A stretch of DNA of 62,251 nucleotides, the filler included. It is 6 parts of 6 records of this genome, joined end to end, with 100 filler letters (N's around TTAATTAATTAA, not from the genome) between each part and the next. Parts side by side here need not be neighbours in the genome. Positions count along the whole stretch, not along the records: positions 20,294 to 28,138 come from SRR31156797_21027; positions 28,239 to 33,950 come from SRR31156797_21028; positions 34,051 to 47,767 come from SRR31156797_21036; 3 more parts are not named here. One strand, written 5' to 3'. Under the pieces are notes generated by a model, which saw only the letters and a program-made list of their open reading frames with translations, was not told the origin of the DNA and did not search any database. The position numbers and the translations under genes were made by a program. Every line of letters begins with the position of its first letter. Within the stretch, counting starts at the first letter, position 1. Shown in pieces: positions 25,904 to 34,894 of the stretch.

Positions 25904-28138
25904 ATGACATCCGGGAAGGAAGAAGATCAGGCCAGGGTCTGGCACAAGGGGCTTATTGCACAACTTGAGCCACGGGTTATGTATGACGGCGCCGCCGGGG
26001 TTGCGGCCGTGGATGCCTTCGATGCCGTCCATGACAATGACGGCGCCGACCCGGTTGACAGGGCCGATGGCCACCTGACCGTCCCTGAACCCTGTGCGGC
26101 GCCCGGTGAGCATGACGGTCAACCGGAAACGGCCGCTCTCTTCGATGCCTTGGAGGCCACACCCGCCCCCCGCCGTGAAATCGCCTTTGTGGAATCATCC
26201 CTTAAAGATGCAGAAGCCGTTATCTCCTCCCTGGATCCTTCCATCGAGGTCTACAGGCTCGATGGAACCTCCGGCGGACTCGACACAATCACCCGGATAC
26301 TGGCCGGCAGAAAGGGGGTTGACGCGATACACCTCTTTACCCACGGCTCTCCGGGAAAGCTGAATCTCGGCAGTGAAACCCTGAGCCTTGAAAACATGGA
26401 TACCGTATCGGATCAGCTTTCAGCCGTGGGAGACGCCATGGCTGAAACCGGGGATATCCTGGTTTACGGCTGTAACATTGCTGAAAACCCTGAATTTGTG
26501 GACGCGCTTGGCCGTCTCACCGGGGCTGACATTGCCGCCTCGGAGGATGCCACGGGCGGTGCCGGCCATGGCGGGGACTGGGATCTTGAATACCGGACCG
26601 GCGCCATTGAAACCCGGATAGCCGTTCATGATCCGGATGTGGATATTATGGGGCTGTCAGCCAGGGATGATAACTATTCCATGGGGGAATGGGGACCGGA
26701 TGGGAACACCAGCGATAGATTCGGCAGCATCCTGGAAAACGATAATTTTGGCAGTGGTGGTGTTTTTGACGCTGAAGTTTACGTCGATAAGGTTTTTTCC
26801 AATGGTAAGCAAATCTGGTCCGACAGTAGCGGTTCCCATAGGAATGCTGACAATACGTATCAGGTTCCCTATTATAACTGGGAAGAGGTTCCCGGATCCA
26901 ATGGGGGATTATTCAGTATCGGTGGCTGGGAATCCAACATCCGCTTTAAAACCGATGAGACCTTTCTTGCCGGTCTAAAGCCCGGAGAAACCAGGACAAC
27001 CTCCATAGAGTATTCCATTGATTGCATGAAAGGCAGCTCCGGTTCCTCCAACAGGGCAAGAATAACCGTTACCATCACCGGCAACACTCCCCCTGAGGTG
27101 CACAACGAGATAATCAGCACCCCCGAAAATACCCCTGTTTCCGGGAACGTGCTTGATAACGACAAGGCGTTCAATGATGACGCCATGTATCTAAACGAAA
27201 TAAACGGAAGCTGGTCCAACCTGAGGCGTGCTGTTGAAGGAAGCAAGGGCGGTACCTTTACCATCGAAAGCGACGGTAACTTTACCTTTGATCCCGGGGA
27301 CGAGTTTGACTATCTTGTGCCTGGAAAATCGGTCACCACTTCCGTAGAGTATACGGTTACCAATGCGGGTAATAAAGTGACGGGCACCCTTGAAGTGACC
27401 GTAGAGGGTGAAAACGATACCCCATCGGATATCTATTTCGGAACGGTGGACAGCCCGGACTATACCATCGAGCCGGGCCACGGTCTCGTGGATGTGAATG
27501 AAGGCGGTTCCGGATTCGGCACGCCAATCATGTACGGCTGGGATGACAATTATCAGAAGATCGATGTCTCGGACGTTTTCCCGGAGGGATTCAATTTCTT
27601 TGGAAAGCATTATGACTCGGCCGAGGATTTGTACATCGGCACCAACGGCTACATCACATTCGGCCATGGAAGCTATAGCTACATGCCTTCAGGTATTCCC
27701 GGGTATACAAGAGGGCCCATGATTGCGGCCCAGTTTGACGATATCGACCTTGGCACCTCCGTAAAAGGAAATACCGCAACCGGAAATTCCAAGGGCACGG
27801 GAAGGCTCTATTTCCATAAGGATGCCGCCAACGGCATTCTTACGATCACCTGGGACGATGTGGGCTATTTCAACACATACAACGGGCCGGAGGACGGGGA
27901 AACCGGGAAAGGCAACGCCTTCCAGATCAGACTCCATAATATCGGCGGCGGAGACTTTGCCATCGAGTTCCGGTATGAGGATATCTCGTGGACAAGGGGG
28001 CAGCCGGGCGGCGATTATCGCGGGTACCCCACCGCCGGATGGACGGCCGGGGACGGGGTCAATTACGGTCTGGTGACAGGCTCCGGAACGGATATCAACG
28101 GCGATTCCACAGGATCGGCGACCGACAGCGCTTTTCTC
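25904..28138 (+). CDS. giant surface/adhesin protein N-terminus (LEPR-xLL, DUF4347, Ig/VCBS-like repeats, NIDO-like domain), 3' truncated
   Basis: LEPRVMYDGA; DUF4347 motifs IHLFTHGSPG, DILVYGC, TGADIAASED.TG...GGDWDLE; GNVLDND...FTFDPG repeats; IAAQFDD/FRYEDISW. Start at ATG 25904 after GGAGG. Confidence 0.85.
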
Positions 28139-28238
28139 NNNNNNNNNNNNNNNNNNNNNNNNNNNNNNNNNNNNNNNNNNNNTTAATTAATTAANNNNNN
28201 NNNNNNNNNNNNNNNNNNNNNNNNNNNNNNNNNNNNNN
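28139..28238. other. artificial contig spacer
   Basis: N44-TTAATTAATTAA-N44. Confidence 0.99.
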
Positions 28239-28559
28239 AACGGTACAAACAAGACCGACGATGCCGGGTTTTGTCAGCAAAGCCGCTGCCAGAGATAACA
28301 ACAGCATCAACAGGAGCGGGCGTACCGCAAAGGGATAGAGGAAAAACTGCGGGAGCCGTTTCCAGAAAGGATCGATAATATTTTCTACACCTAACCACTG
28401 AACGAAGACATTGCATCGAGGACACAAGTGTTGTTGTTCGTTCTGACAAAAACCGCCCATCTCTCTGGTTTCGACGCATTGCGGGCAAAATGTCCTGTTG
28501 CATCGATCACAATGCCAATGGGCGGTTCGTGCCGGATGATATGTGCAGTTCTGTTTCAC
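28239..28559 (-). CDS. B-box zinc-finger membrane protein (DUF4013-like), 3' truncated
   Basis: CTYHP..AHWHCDRC...FCPQC...CPRC, then PFWKRLPQFFLYP and a TM helix. Confidence 0.75.
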
Positions 28560-28741
28560 TTGACCTCTCCGTTATGATTATTTTTCATACACTTTTTTGC
28601 AAATATTAAAATGGATTCAATAAATGCAAGAATCGTACAAACGGAGATGAAATTTAATTCCTTGGGAATACAGTAGCGCAGGAACTTGCCCCTGGTGGGT
28701 GCTCCCTGGTTTCCATCCTGGCAGATGGAACAGGAATCCAT

Positions 28742-29380
28742 CTAATATCGCGTGAAATATTTGTGCAATCGATCTATCCAGCCGATGATAATCTTCTTCC
28801 GTAATTTACCAGCTGTCTGAGGGTCATTTTTCGATAACGCTTGAATGGTATCTTCAATCTCTTGAGCCTCCATCTTGATTTCTGAAGAGACGTCGGTCTC
28901 ATCGAAAGTCAAGTGCCAGACACGCAACGTCTGATTGTAGAGCAGTTCAGAAATTTCTTGAAGGGTTTTGCAGTCCGCCGCCTGAAACAGAATATGCCGA
29001 AATGCCTTATCCAGCGCCACCAATTCTTCTCTGGCCTTTTCAATCTTTATTTTTTTGCAGGACTTGAGAAGAGTTGCCATCTCAGAAAGATGAACAGGGT
29101 TTATATTCTGGGCAGCTAACCGGCCGAGTTCCCCTTCAATAAGAATGCGGCTCCGGTATACCTCTTTTAGCTCCTTGAAATCGATCTTTGTAACCTGGAT
29201 ACCCATTCTTGGAATAATCGTAACGAGCTTTTCCCATTCCAATCGCAACAACACTTCCCGGATAGGGGTCTGACTGACCCCCAACTCATGTGCCAATTCT
29301 TTGGGGCTAAGGTTTTCTCCTGGAACAAAATGAAGGCTCAAAATTCGTTGTTTGATGGTTGAATAGACTTTTTCGTTCAT
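28742..29380 (-). CDS. GntR-family regulator (FCD type)
   Basis: wHTH PGENL...LAHELGVSQTPIREVL.RL. Confidence 0.92.
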   Translation of the reverse strand: MNEKVYSTIKQRILSLHFVPGENLSPKELAHELGVSQTPIREVLLRLEWEKLVTIIPRMGIQVTKIDFKELKEVYRSRILIEGELGRLAAQNINPVHLSEMATLLKSCKKIKIEKAREELVALDKAFRHILFQAADCKTLQEISELLYNQTLRVWHLTFDETDVSSEIKMEAQEIEDTIQALSKNDPQTAGKLRKKIIIGWIDRLHKYFTRY

Positions 29381-29386
29381 GGGCGC

Positions 29387-30826
29387 TCACCCGTTTGTTT
29401 TTTTGTTTTTTAGTTGCAATTTCCTATAGTTCGGTGACCAACCGATTTGTTTTTCCAAACAACAGGCTGTTTTCAGCAACTGTTCCTCTTTAAAGAGCCC
29501 TCCTACAAGCTGAACCCCTATTGGCAGACCGGAAGAATGCGTACCACAGGGAATGGATATGGCCGGGTTGCCGGACAGGTTGAAAAAGCTGGTATAGCGT
29601 GTAATGGCATTTCCAACCGGCTCTTTTTCACCTTCAACGGTTACGAATCGAGAACCGATTTTCGGAGCGGTTATCGGACAAGTCGGCGTAAGAATAATAT
29701 CAACATTTTCCAACGTCTGCTTTATCTGGTGACGATAGTCCTGCATCACCCGTTTTGCACGGATGTAATTTTCGGCTAAAATAAATTGGCCAAGCGTCAT
29801 CCCACCGCGCATATCTTCGCCATACAGGCCTTTTTTTTCCGGCAAATACCTGCTGTGATAGGAAAGCACTTCCGGCAGCTGTATGAGTAGGGAAACCGTA
29901 CGCGTGTTTTCCATTGGCGGCATCTCAATATCGATGACTTCCAACCGGTTGGTTTCGCATGTGCGGATCACATCGTTTACGGATTCCAAAATTTCAGGGT
30001 CCATTTTTTCATAAAAAAAGGACCTGGGGATTCCAATACGCAATTTATCCCCTTTCAGACAAGCCAAATCCGCAAGCGACTTTGTTGTTATCGGTTGAAA
30101 AGAGGCCTCCCTACCCCCATTTTGGACAAGTGTCTTGAAAACAACATAGGCATCAACGACCGATCGTGTAAAAATGCCCATGTGGTCCAATGACCAACAA
30201 TACGGGATGACGCCCTTGAGATCGATCAGCCCGTAGGTCGGCTTCAGGCCCACAACCCCGCACAGGGCCGCAGGTGCTCTTGTCGAACCTCCCGTATCCG
30301 TTCCCAGTGAAAAAGCAGCGAGACCGGCAGCGACAGCTGAGGCTGAACCGCTGCTGGAGCCCCCGGCCAGGCACGATGTATCCCATGGATTGGATGCCGT
30401 TCCGAAATGATCGTTTTCTCCCGTTGCGCCATAAGCGAATTCATGCTGATTCAGTTTTCCAAGAAGTACACCGCCGGACGCACTTAACGTTTGTATCGCC
30501 CTGGCATCCGTATCGGGTATCCAGTCAGCCAGCACCCGCGATCCTCCCGTTGTGAGAATATCCCTTGTCTGGAATAGATCTTTACAGGCGTATGGGATCC
30601 CGTGCAGCATACCCAAATAGGTACCACTGCGCATCTGATCCACCGCTTTTTGTGCGGCGAGGCGAGCTTTCTCACCGGCAACGGTGATATAGGCCTTTAG
30701 TGTGTCGTTACTGCATTCGATTTGATCCAAAAAAGCATCAACAAGATCAACCGGCGAAACAATGCCCTTTTCAATCATTGTTGCCAATTCAGTGATTGGC
30801 TTGGATGTCAGCGTGTTGTCTTTCAT
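29387..30826 (-). CDS. amidase-signature enzyme (GatA-like)
   Basis: LHGIPYACKD, GGSSSGSA, GTDTGGSTRAPA (Lys-cisSer-Ser triad). Confidence 0.93.
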   Translation of the reverse strand: MKDNTLTSKPITELATMIEKGIVSPVDLVDAFLDQIECSNDTLKAYITVAGEKARLAAQKAVDQMRSGTYLGMLHGIPYACKDLFQTRDILTTGGSRVLADWIPDTDARAIQTLSASGGVLLGKLNQHEFAYGATGENDHFGTASNPWDTSCLAGGSSSGSASAVAAGLAAFSLGTDTGGSTRAPAALCGVVGLKPTYGLIDLKGVIPYCWSLDHMGIFTRSVVDAYVVFKTLVQNGGREASFQPITTKSLADLACLKGDKLRIGIPRSFFYEKMDPEILESVNDVIRTCETNRLEVIDIEMPPMENTRTVSLLIQLPEVLSYHSRYLPEKKGLYGEDMRGGMTLGQFILAENYIRAKRVMQDYRHQIKQTLENVDIILTPTCPITAPKIGSRFVTVEGEKEPVGNAITRYTSFFNLSGNPAISIPCGTHSSGLPIGVQLVGGLFKEEQLLKTACCLEKQIGWSPNYRKLQLKNKKTNG

Positions 30827-31050
30827 TGTCCTTCCGTATCAGCAGACAACAGGCCAGCCGGCTCGATATCTTTGAGATCGAGTTCAATAAGTTTCTGCGT
30901 ATCCACAATGATTTGTTGAAACCCGGAAATGACGCCGAACTTTGGTGAAACAAGTTCATCCAGATCCGCATCGTCCCATTCATGCGTTGGGAATTCGGCC
31001 AAAATATTCTCAAGCACCGCCTTTGTCAAAGGCCTATTTTTTTTGCTCAT
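30823..31050 (-). CDS. small acidic protein, possible GatC/AtzG-like amidase partner
   Basis: 75 aa, overlaps the amidase start (ATGA), ends ...LDLKDIEPA, resembling GatC-like tails. Confidence 0.6.
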   Translation of the reverse strand: MSKKNRPLTKAVLENILAEFPTHEWDDADLDELVSPKFGVISGFQQIIVDTQKLIELDLKDIEPAGLLSADTEGQ

Positions 31051-31052
31051 CG

Positions 31053-32210
31053 CTATAACACCTGCAGATCTTTTGGAAATGGAGTCAGATAGTCGAACCC
31101 GCTATCCGTTACAACAATTGAATCGCCGACACGTGCAGCGGCCTTTTCAGGAATCGATACCGCACCGTCAACGGCAAAGGTCATCCCAGCCTGGAGGACA
31201 GTCCTGTCGTCCACTTTCAGTTCCGGTTTTTCAATTAGCGAAAACCCAACTGCACGACCTGTCCTGTAACAGAGCCCGAACCCCTCTTCCTGGTATACCT
31301 TGGCAGCAGAAAAATGAACCTCCTCTGCAACAGCCCCGGGACGAATCTGTTTCAGGGCGGCTGCCTGCGCCCTGAGTGCAATTTCGTATAGCCTCGCTTC
31401 TTCATCCGACACTTCGCCGACCCAATACTGCCTATCAAAACCAAGTTTTACGCCTTTGAAATTATTCATTTCGCAAAAGCACATATAAACGGACTCTCCC
31501 CGTTTGACCCGGCGGGTCGTGGGCCTTCGATGGACCATGGAAAGATCCGGCCCCCCGGACTGCAGCACTTGCAAATTGTGTATCATGGGTGAAAAGAGGC
31601 GATCGGGTCCCTGGTCCGTCAAAAATTCTGCAGCCTTGCGGGTACCTGCAGCAATAACCGCCAGGGCAACTTCGTACTCCGGAACCCCTTCTGCAATAAC
31701 ATCCTTACCTCCCTGGCACATGGCCACGGAGACCTCACCGGCCTGCCGCATTACCTCAATTTCGTCTGGTGTCTTAACCATTCGCAAATCGGACAAAATA
31801 GGCGAAATATCCACAATCTCCCGATCTGGCATCGTGTCGCGTAAATATCCGGCGATCATCGGATGCGTTTTGTCAACTTCTATACCGATTGTCTTAATGC
31901 CTTTAGCGCCAGCGACGCTTTGCAAACATTTTCGCCACTCCCCATCGACACCATCCGACCATTGCTCGATCGTATCGATCCAGGTCATTTTCTCCGCCAT
32001 TTCAGCTTCCAAACTCGGTGTGATAATAACGCTGTCTCCTACGCTGGGTACTGCCAGCAGGGTGGGCCGCCCGAATTGCATGCCAAGGTACCCCCAAAAA
32101 GCGGAAAGGTAAAAAACGCTATCCAAATCCTGGATAACGGCAATATCAATTCCGGCAGCCCCCAAACGATTTTTCAAATCGGTCGTTCGATTTTGATGAG
32201 CATTGTTCAT
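31053..32210 (-). CDS. M24 (pita-bread) fold hydrolase, creatinase/ectoine-hydrolase-like
   Basis: Creatinase-N domain and LRMVKTPDEIEVMRQAG; canonical metal ligands replaced. Confidence 0.85.
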   Translation of the reverse strand: MNNAHQNRTTDLKNRLGAAGIDIAVIQDLDSVFYLSAFWGYLGMQFGRPTLLAVPSVGDSVIITPSLEAEMAEKMTWIDTIEQWSDGVDGEWRKCLQSVAGAKGIKTIGIEVDKTHPMIAGYLRDTMPDREIVDISPILSDLRMVKTPDEIEVMRQAGEVSVAMCQGGKDVIAEGVPEYEVALAVIAAGTRKAAEFLTDQGPDRLFSPMIHNLQVLQSGGPDLSMVHRRPTTRRVKRGESVYMCFCEMNNFKGVKLGFDRQYWVGEVSDEEARLYEIALRAQAAALKQIRPGAVAEEVHFSAAKVYQEEGFGLCYRTGRAVGFSLIEKPELKVDDRTVLQAGMTFAVDGAVSIPEKAAARVGDSIVVTDSGFDYLTPFPKDLQVL

Positions 32211-32245
32211 GATTTCAATCTCCTGAAAAACAACGGGTAAGGGGT

Positions 32246-33013
32246 TTAAAACTCTCTTAAAAGCCTACCATATCCATCGATAGGATCCTTTATACCTGCC
32301 AAGCGAAGCGTCTCCCAGATCATAGCCTGATTGCTGACAATCACCGGTTTCCCGGCAGCATTTTCAATTTCATCGACGACATCCAAAGAGCGTAATGCAC
32401 CACAGCTGATGAAAATGGCTTCTGCCTCTGGCGTATCGATACTTAATGCAAACTCTTTGATATAGTCCGGGGCCACCTTGACCATCGAAGAATCATTTGT
32501 AATGTTGAGGCCTTTGATATTTAAAACGTGGAAGCCCTGATCCTCCAGATATAATTTTTCCATCTGGTTCAGTTCGTCAATGTAGGGTGTGCCCACAACG
32601 ATCCGCTTCACGCTGAATGTTTGCAATGCATGAATCACACTGGCGATCAATGATGTGGCAATAGCTTTCGGGGCTCCTTTGTTCAGTTCTGCCGCCACCT
32701 GATCTTCCCCCAAGACCATGCTTCCCGAAGTGCATGCGTAACACACCACGTCCAGGTTCTCATTGGGTAAAATCCTTGCAGCGGCAGCGGCAAGCCCTTG
32801 GCCCACCCCATCCAGCGTATTGACAGTAATCGCGTCCTTTATCCAGACTCTGGAAAAATGGACACCAACACCCTTCGGGGTCAGACCGAACACATCCTCT
32901 TCGATCGTTTGCTCCGTTGCGAGCAAAACAAAACCAATCTTCGCTCGCCAATGGCGCCCCTGGTCAAAACGGACCGTCGCTGGCGAACTCTGTATATTGT
33001 CTTTTTCTATCAT
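32246..33013 (-). CDS. Asp/Glu racemase superfamily protein (maleate isomerase/arylmalonate decarboxylase/EutA-like)
   Basis: YACTSGS, GTPY, FISCGAL, GKPVIVSNQA; both catalytic Cys are present. Confidence 0.88.
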   Translation of the reverse strand: MIEKDNIQSSPATVRFDQGRHWRAKIGFVLLATEQTIEEDVFGLTPKGVGVHFSRVWIKDAITVNTLDGVGQGLAAAAARILPNENLDVVCYACTSGSMVLGEDQVAAELNKGAPKAIATSLIASVIHALQTFSVKRIVVGTPYIDELNQMEKLYLEDQGFHVLNIKGLNITNDSSMVKVAPDYIKEFALSIDTPEAEAIFISCGALRSLDVVDEIENAAGKPVIVSNQAMIWETLRLAGIKDPIDGYGRLLREF

Positions 33014-33069
33014 CGCTCCACAATCGTTTGATGTAAAAATTAAGCTACTGAAATCAGGTCGTCTTATTT

Positions 33070-33091
33070 AAATATATTTCAAAATATATTT
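33070..33091. promoter_or_regulatory. tandem palindrome, candidate GntR operator
   Basis: aaatatattt-ca-aaatatattt next to a minus-strand TTGACA; the same 10-mer recurs at 33265-33274 beside the opposite promoter. Confidence 0.55.
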
Positions 33092-33405
33092 GTGAAACAA
33101 TCTTGTCAAGCATTTTACACCAATTAACCCTCCGAAAACACCTTATCTCCTCAATTATCCGATTTTGTTAAGCGCCATCAAAGATATTCACTTTAACCAT
33201 CCGCGCCAAACAAAACGCTTTTCACAAATTTTCATTGACAAATTTTTTGCTTGAAAATATTAATAAATATATTTATAAAAATATTCTACACAACAACAGC
33301 TCTACACTGTTAATTGGATCAGGCACCTTTTCCACGCAACGCAATTTCAATTGGGTACAGCCAGCAAATTGTGTTTTTCTTTCAATTTTTATAGAGGAGA
33401 CAAAA

Positions 33406-33950
33406 ATGAAAAAATGGACGAATTGCAGTGTAATCCTTGCTTTCGCGTTTCTTTTAGCAACCGGCGGCAATGTCTTTGGGGGAGATGCGATTACGATTGT
33501 CTCTTTCGGGGGGGCCTACACGCAAAGCCAGATTGACGCCCACCACAAACCGTTCACTGAAAAAACAGGCATCAAAGCGAACTCCGTCGATTACAATGGT
33601 GGGATTGCGGAAATCCGCGCCCAGGTGGAATCCGGAAATGTTAGCTGGGATGTCGTGGACGTTGAGACACAAGACATTGTGGCGGCATGTGATGAAGGGT
33701 TGCTTGAGGTAATTGACATCTCTAAAGTGCCTGCCGGGAAGGATGGAACACCCGCGGAAAAAGATTTTATCCCCAACGCGATCCACGAATGTGGGGTCGG
33801 CAATATTGTCTGGTCGACGATCATCGCTTATGACAAGACACGTTTTCCCGGTGAGAAACCATCCACGATTAAAGATTTTTTCGACGTAAAAAAATTCCCG
33901 GGTATGCGTGGGATCGTAAAACGGCCCACCGCTATCATTGAATATGCATT
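33406..33950 (+). CDS. ABC transporter substrate-binding protein (PotD/PotF-like), 3' truncated
   Basis: Signal peptide, VSFGGAYTQSQ, IRAQVESGNVSWDVVD, DFFDVKKFPG.R; RBS GAGGAG. Confidence 0.88.
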
Positions 33951-34050
33951 NNNNNNNNNNNNNNNNNNNNNNNNNNNNNNNNNNNNNNNNNNNNTTAATT
34001 AATTAANNNNNNNNNNNNNNNNNNNNNNNNNNNNNNNNNNNNNNNNNNNN
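33951..34050. other. artificial contig spacer
   Basis: N44-TTAATTAATTAA-N44. Confidence 0.99.
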
Positions 34051-34252
34051 CCGTTTGGAGCGCTAGTTTTTACATGTTTTACCCCTGCGTGTCAACACAA
34101 AAAACGCATTGCTATTATTTTTTTTTATCATTCAAGAAAAGGTTGTTCTAAATACCTTGTTCCGCTGGTACAGGTTTGCTATATTTTTAAGTATTAACGT
34201 CTTGGGTAAACTCAGGGTATAATAGACCAATACAATAGGATTACAAAAGGTT

Positions 34253-34858
34253 ATGGGACTACTTTCCGGTGCTGCATCGTTCACCAGGTTTTCAGTTGAG
34301 GGCGAACTGCCCGATCACTTTTGGGACTTTGTAGCTGACAGGGTAGCTGCAAACAGTTTTCGGGACATAGACGACACCATGGACGAATACTCCATCGGTT
34401 GGGTGTCTGTTGCCGACATGTTTGACGCTGACTTTGCCTACAGCTCCTATGCCGCTGGAGATTATGTAGTGCTAACCATGCGGACCGACGAACGAAAGGT
34501 TTCCCCTGCTGTACTCAAAAAATATACCATGAAGGAAGAAGCCCGCATCAAAAGAGAGAAAGAAATTCCACGCCTCAGTAGAGCGGTACGTTTGGAAATA
34601 AAAGAGCGTATTCGCGCAGAACTCATTCGTAAATCCGCCCCCATCCCTGCGACCTACGACTTGTGTTGGAACCTCTCAGAAAACACCCTGCTTTTCTTTT
34701 CCACCAGCAAAAAAGCCATAGCATTATTAGAAGACCTTTTTAAAGAAACATTTGAAATGTCTCTTATCCTGCAGATTCCGTGGCTGACAGGTTTAAAAAT
34801 GATCGAAGAAGAAGCTGCTGAAAATTACGAAGCAATGCGCCCGGCAGTCCTCCTGTAG
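34253..34858 (+). CDS. RdgC-like protein, N-terminal half
   Basis: SFTRF, SIGWV, MR.DERKVSPAVLK, LFKETF; resembles the first half of recombination-associated RdgC. Confidence 0.7.
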   Translation: MGLLSGAASFTRFSVEGELPDHFWDFVADRVAANSFRDIDDTMDEYSIGWVSVADMFDADFAYSSYAAGDYVVLTMRTDERKVSPAVLKKYTMKEEARIKREKEIPRLSRAVRLEIKERIRAELIRKSAPIPATYDLCWNLSENTLLFFSTSKKAIALLEDLFKETFEMSLILQIPWLTGLKMIEEEAAENYEAMRPAVLL

Positions 34859-34894
34859 TAGATCCCCATCACACCTATACCAAACGGAGATACC

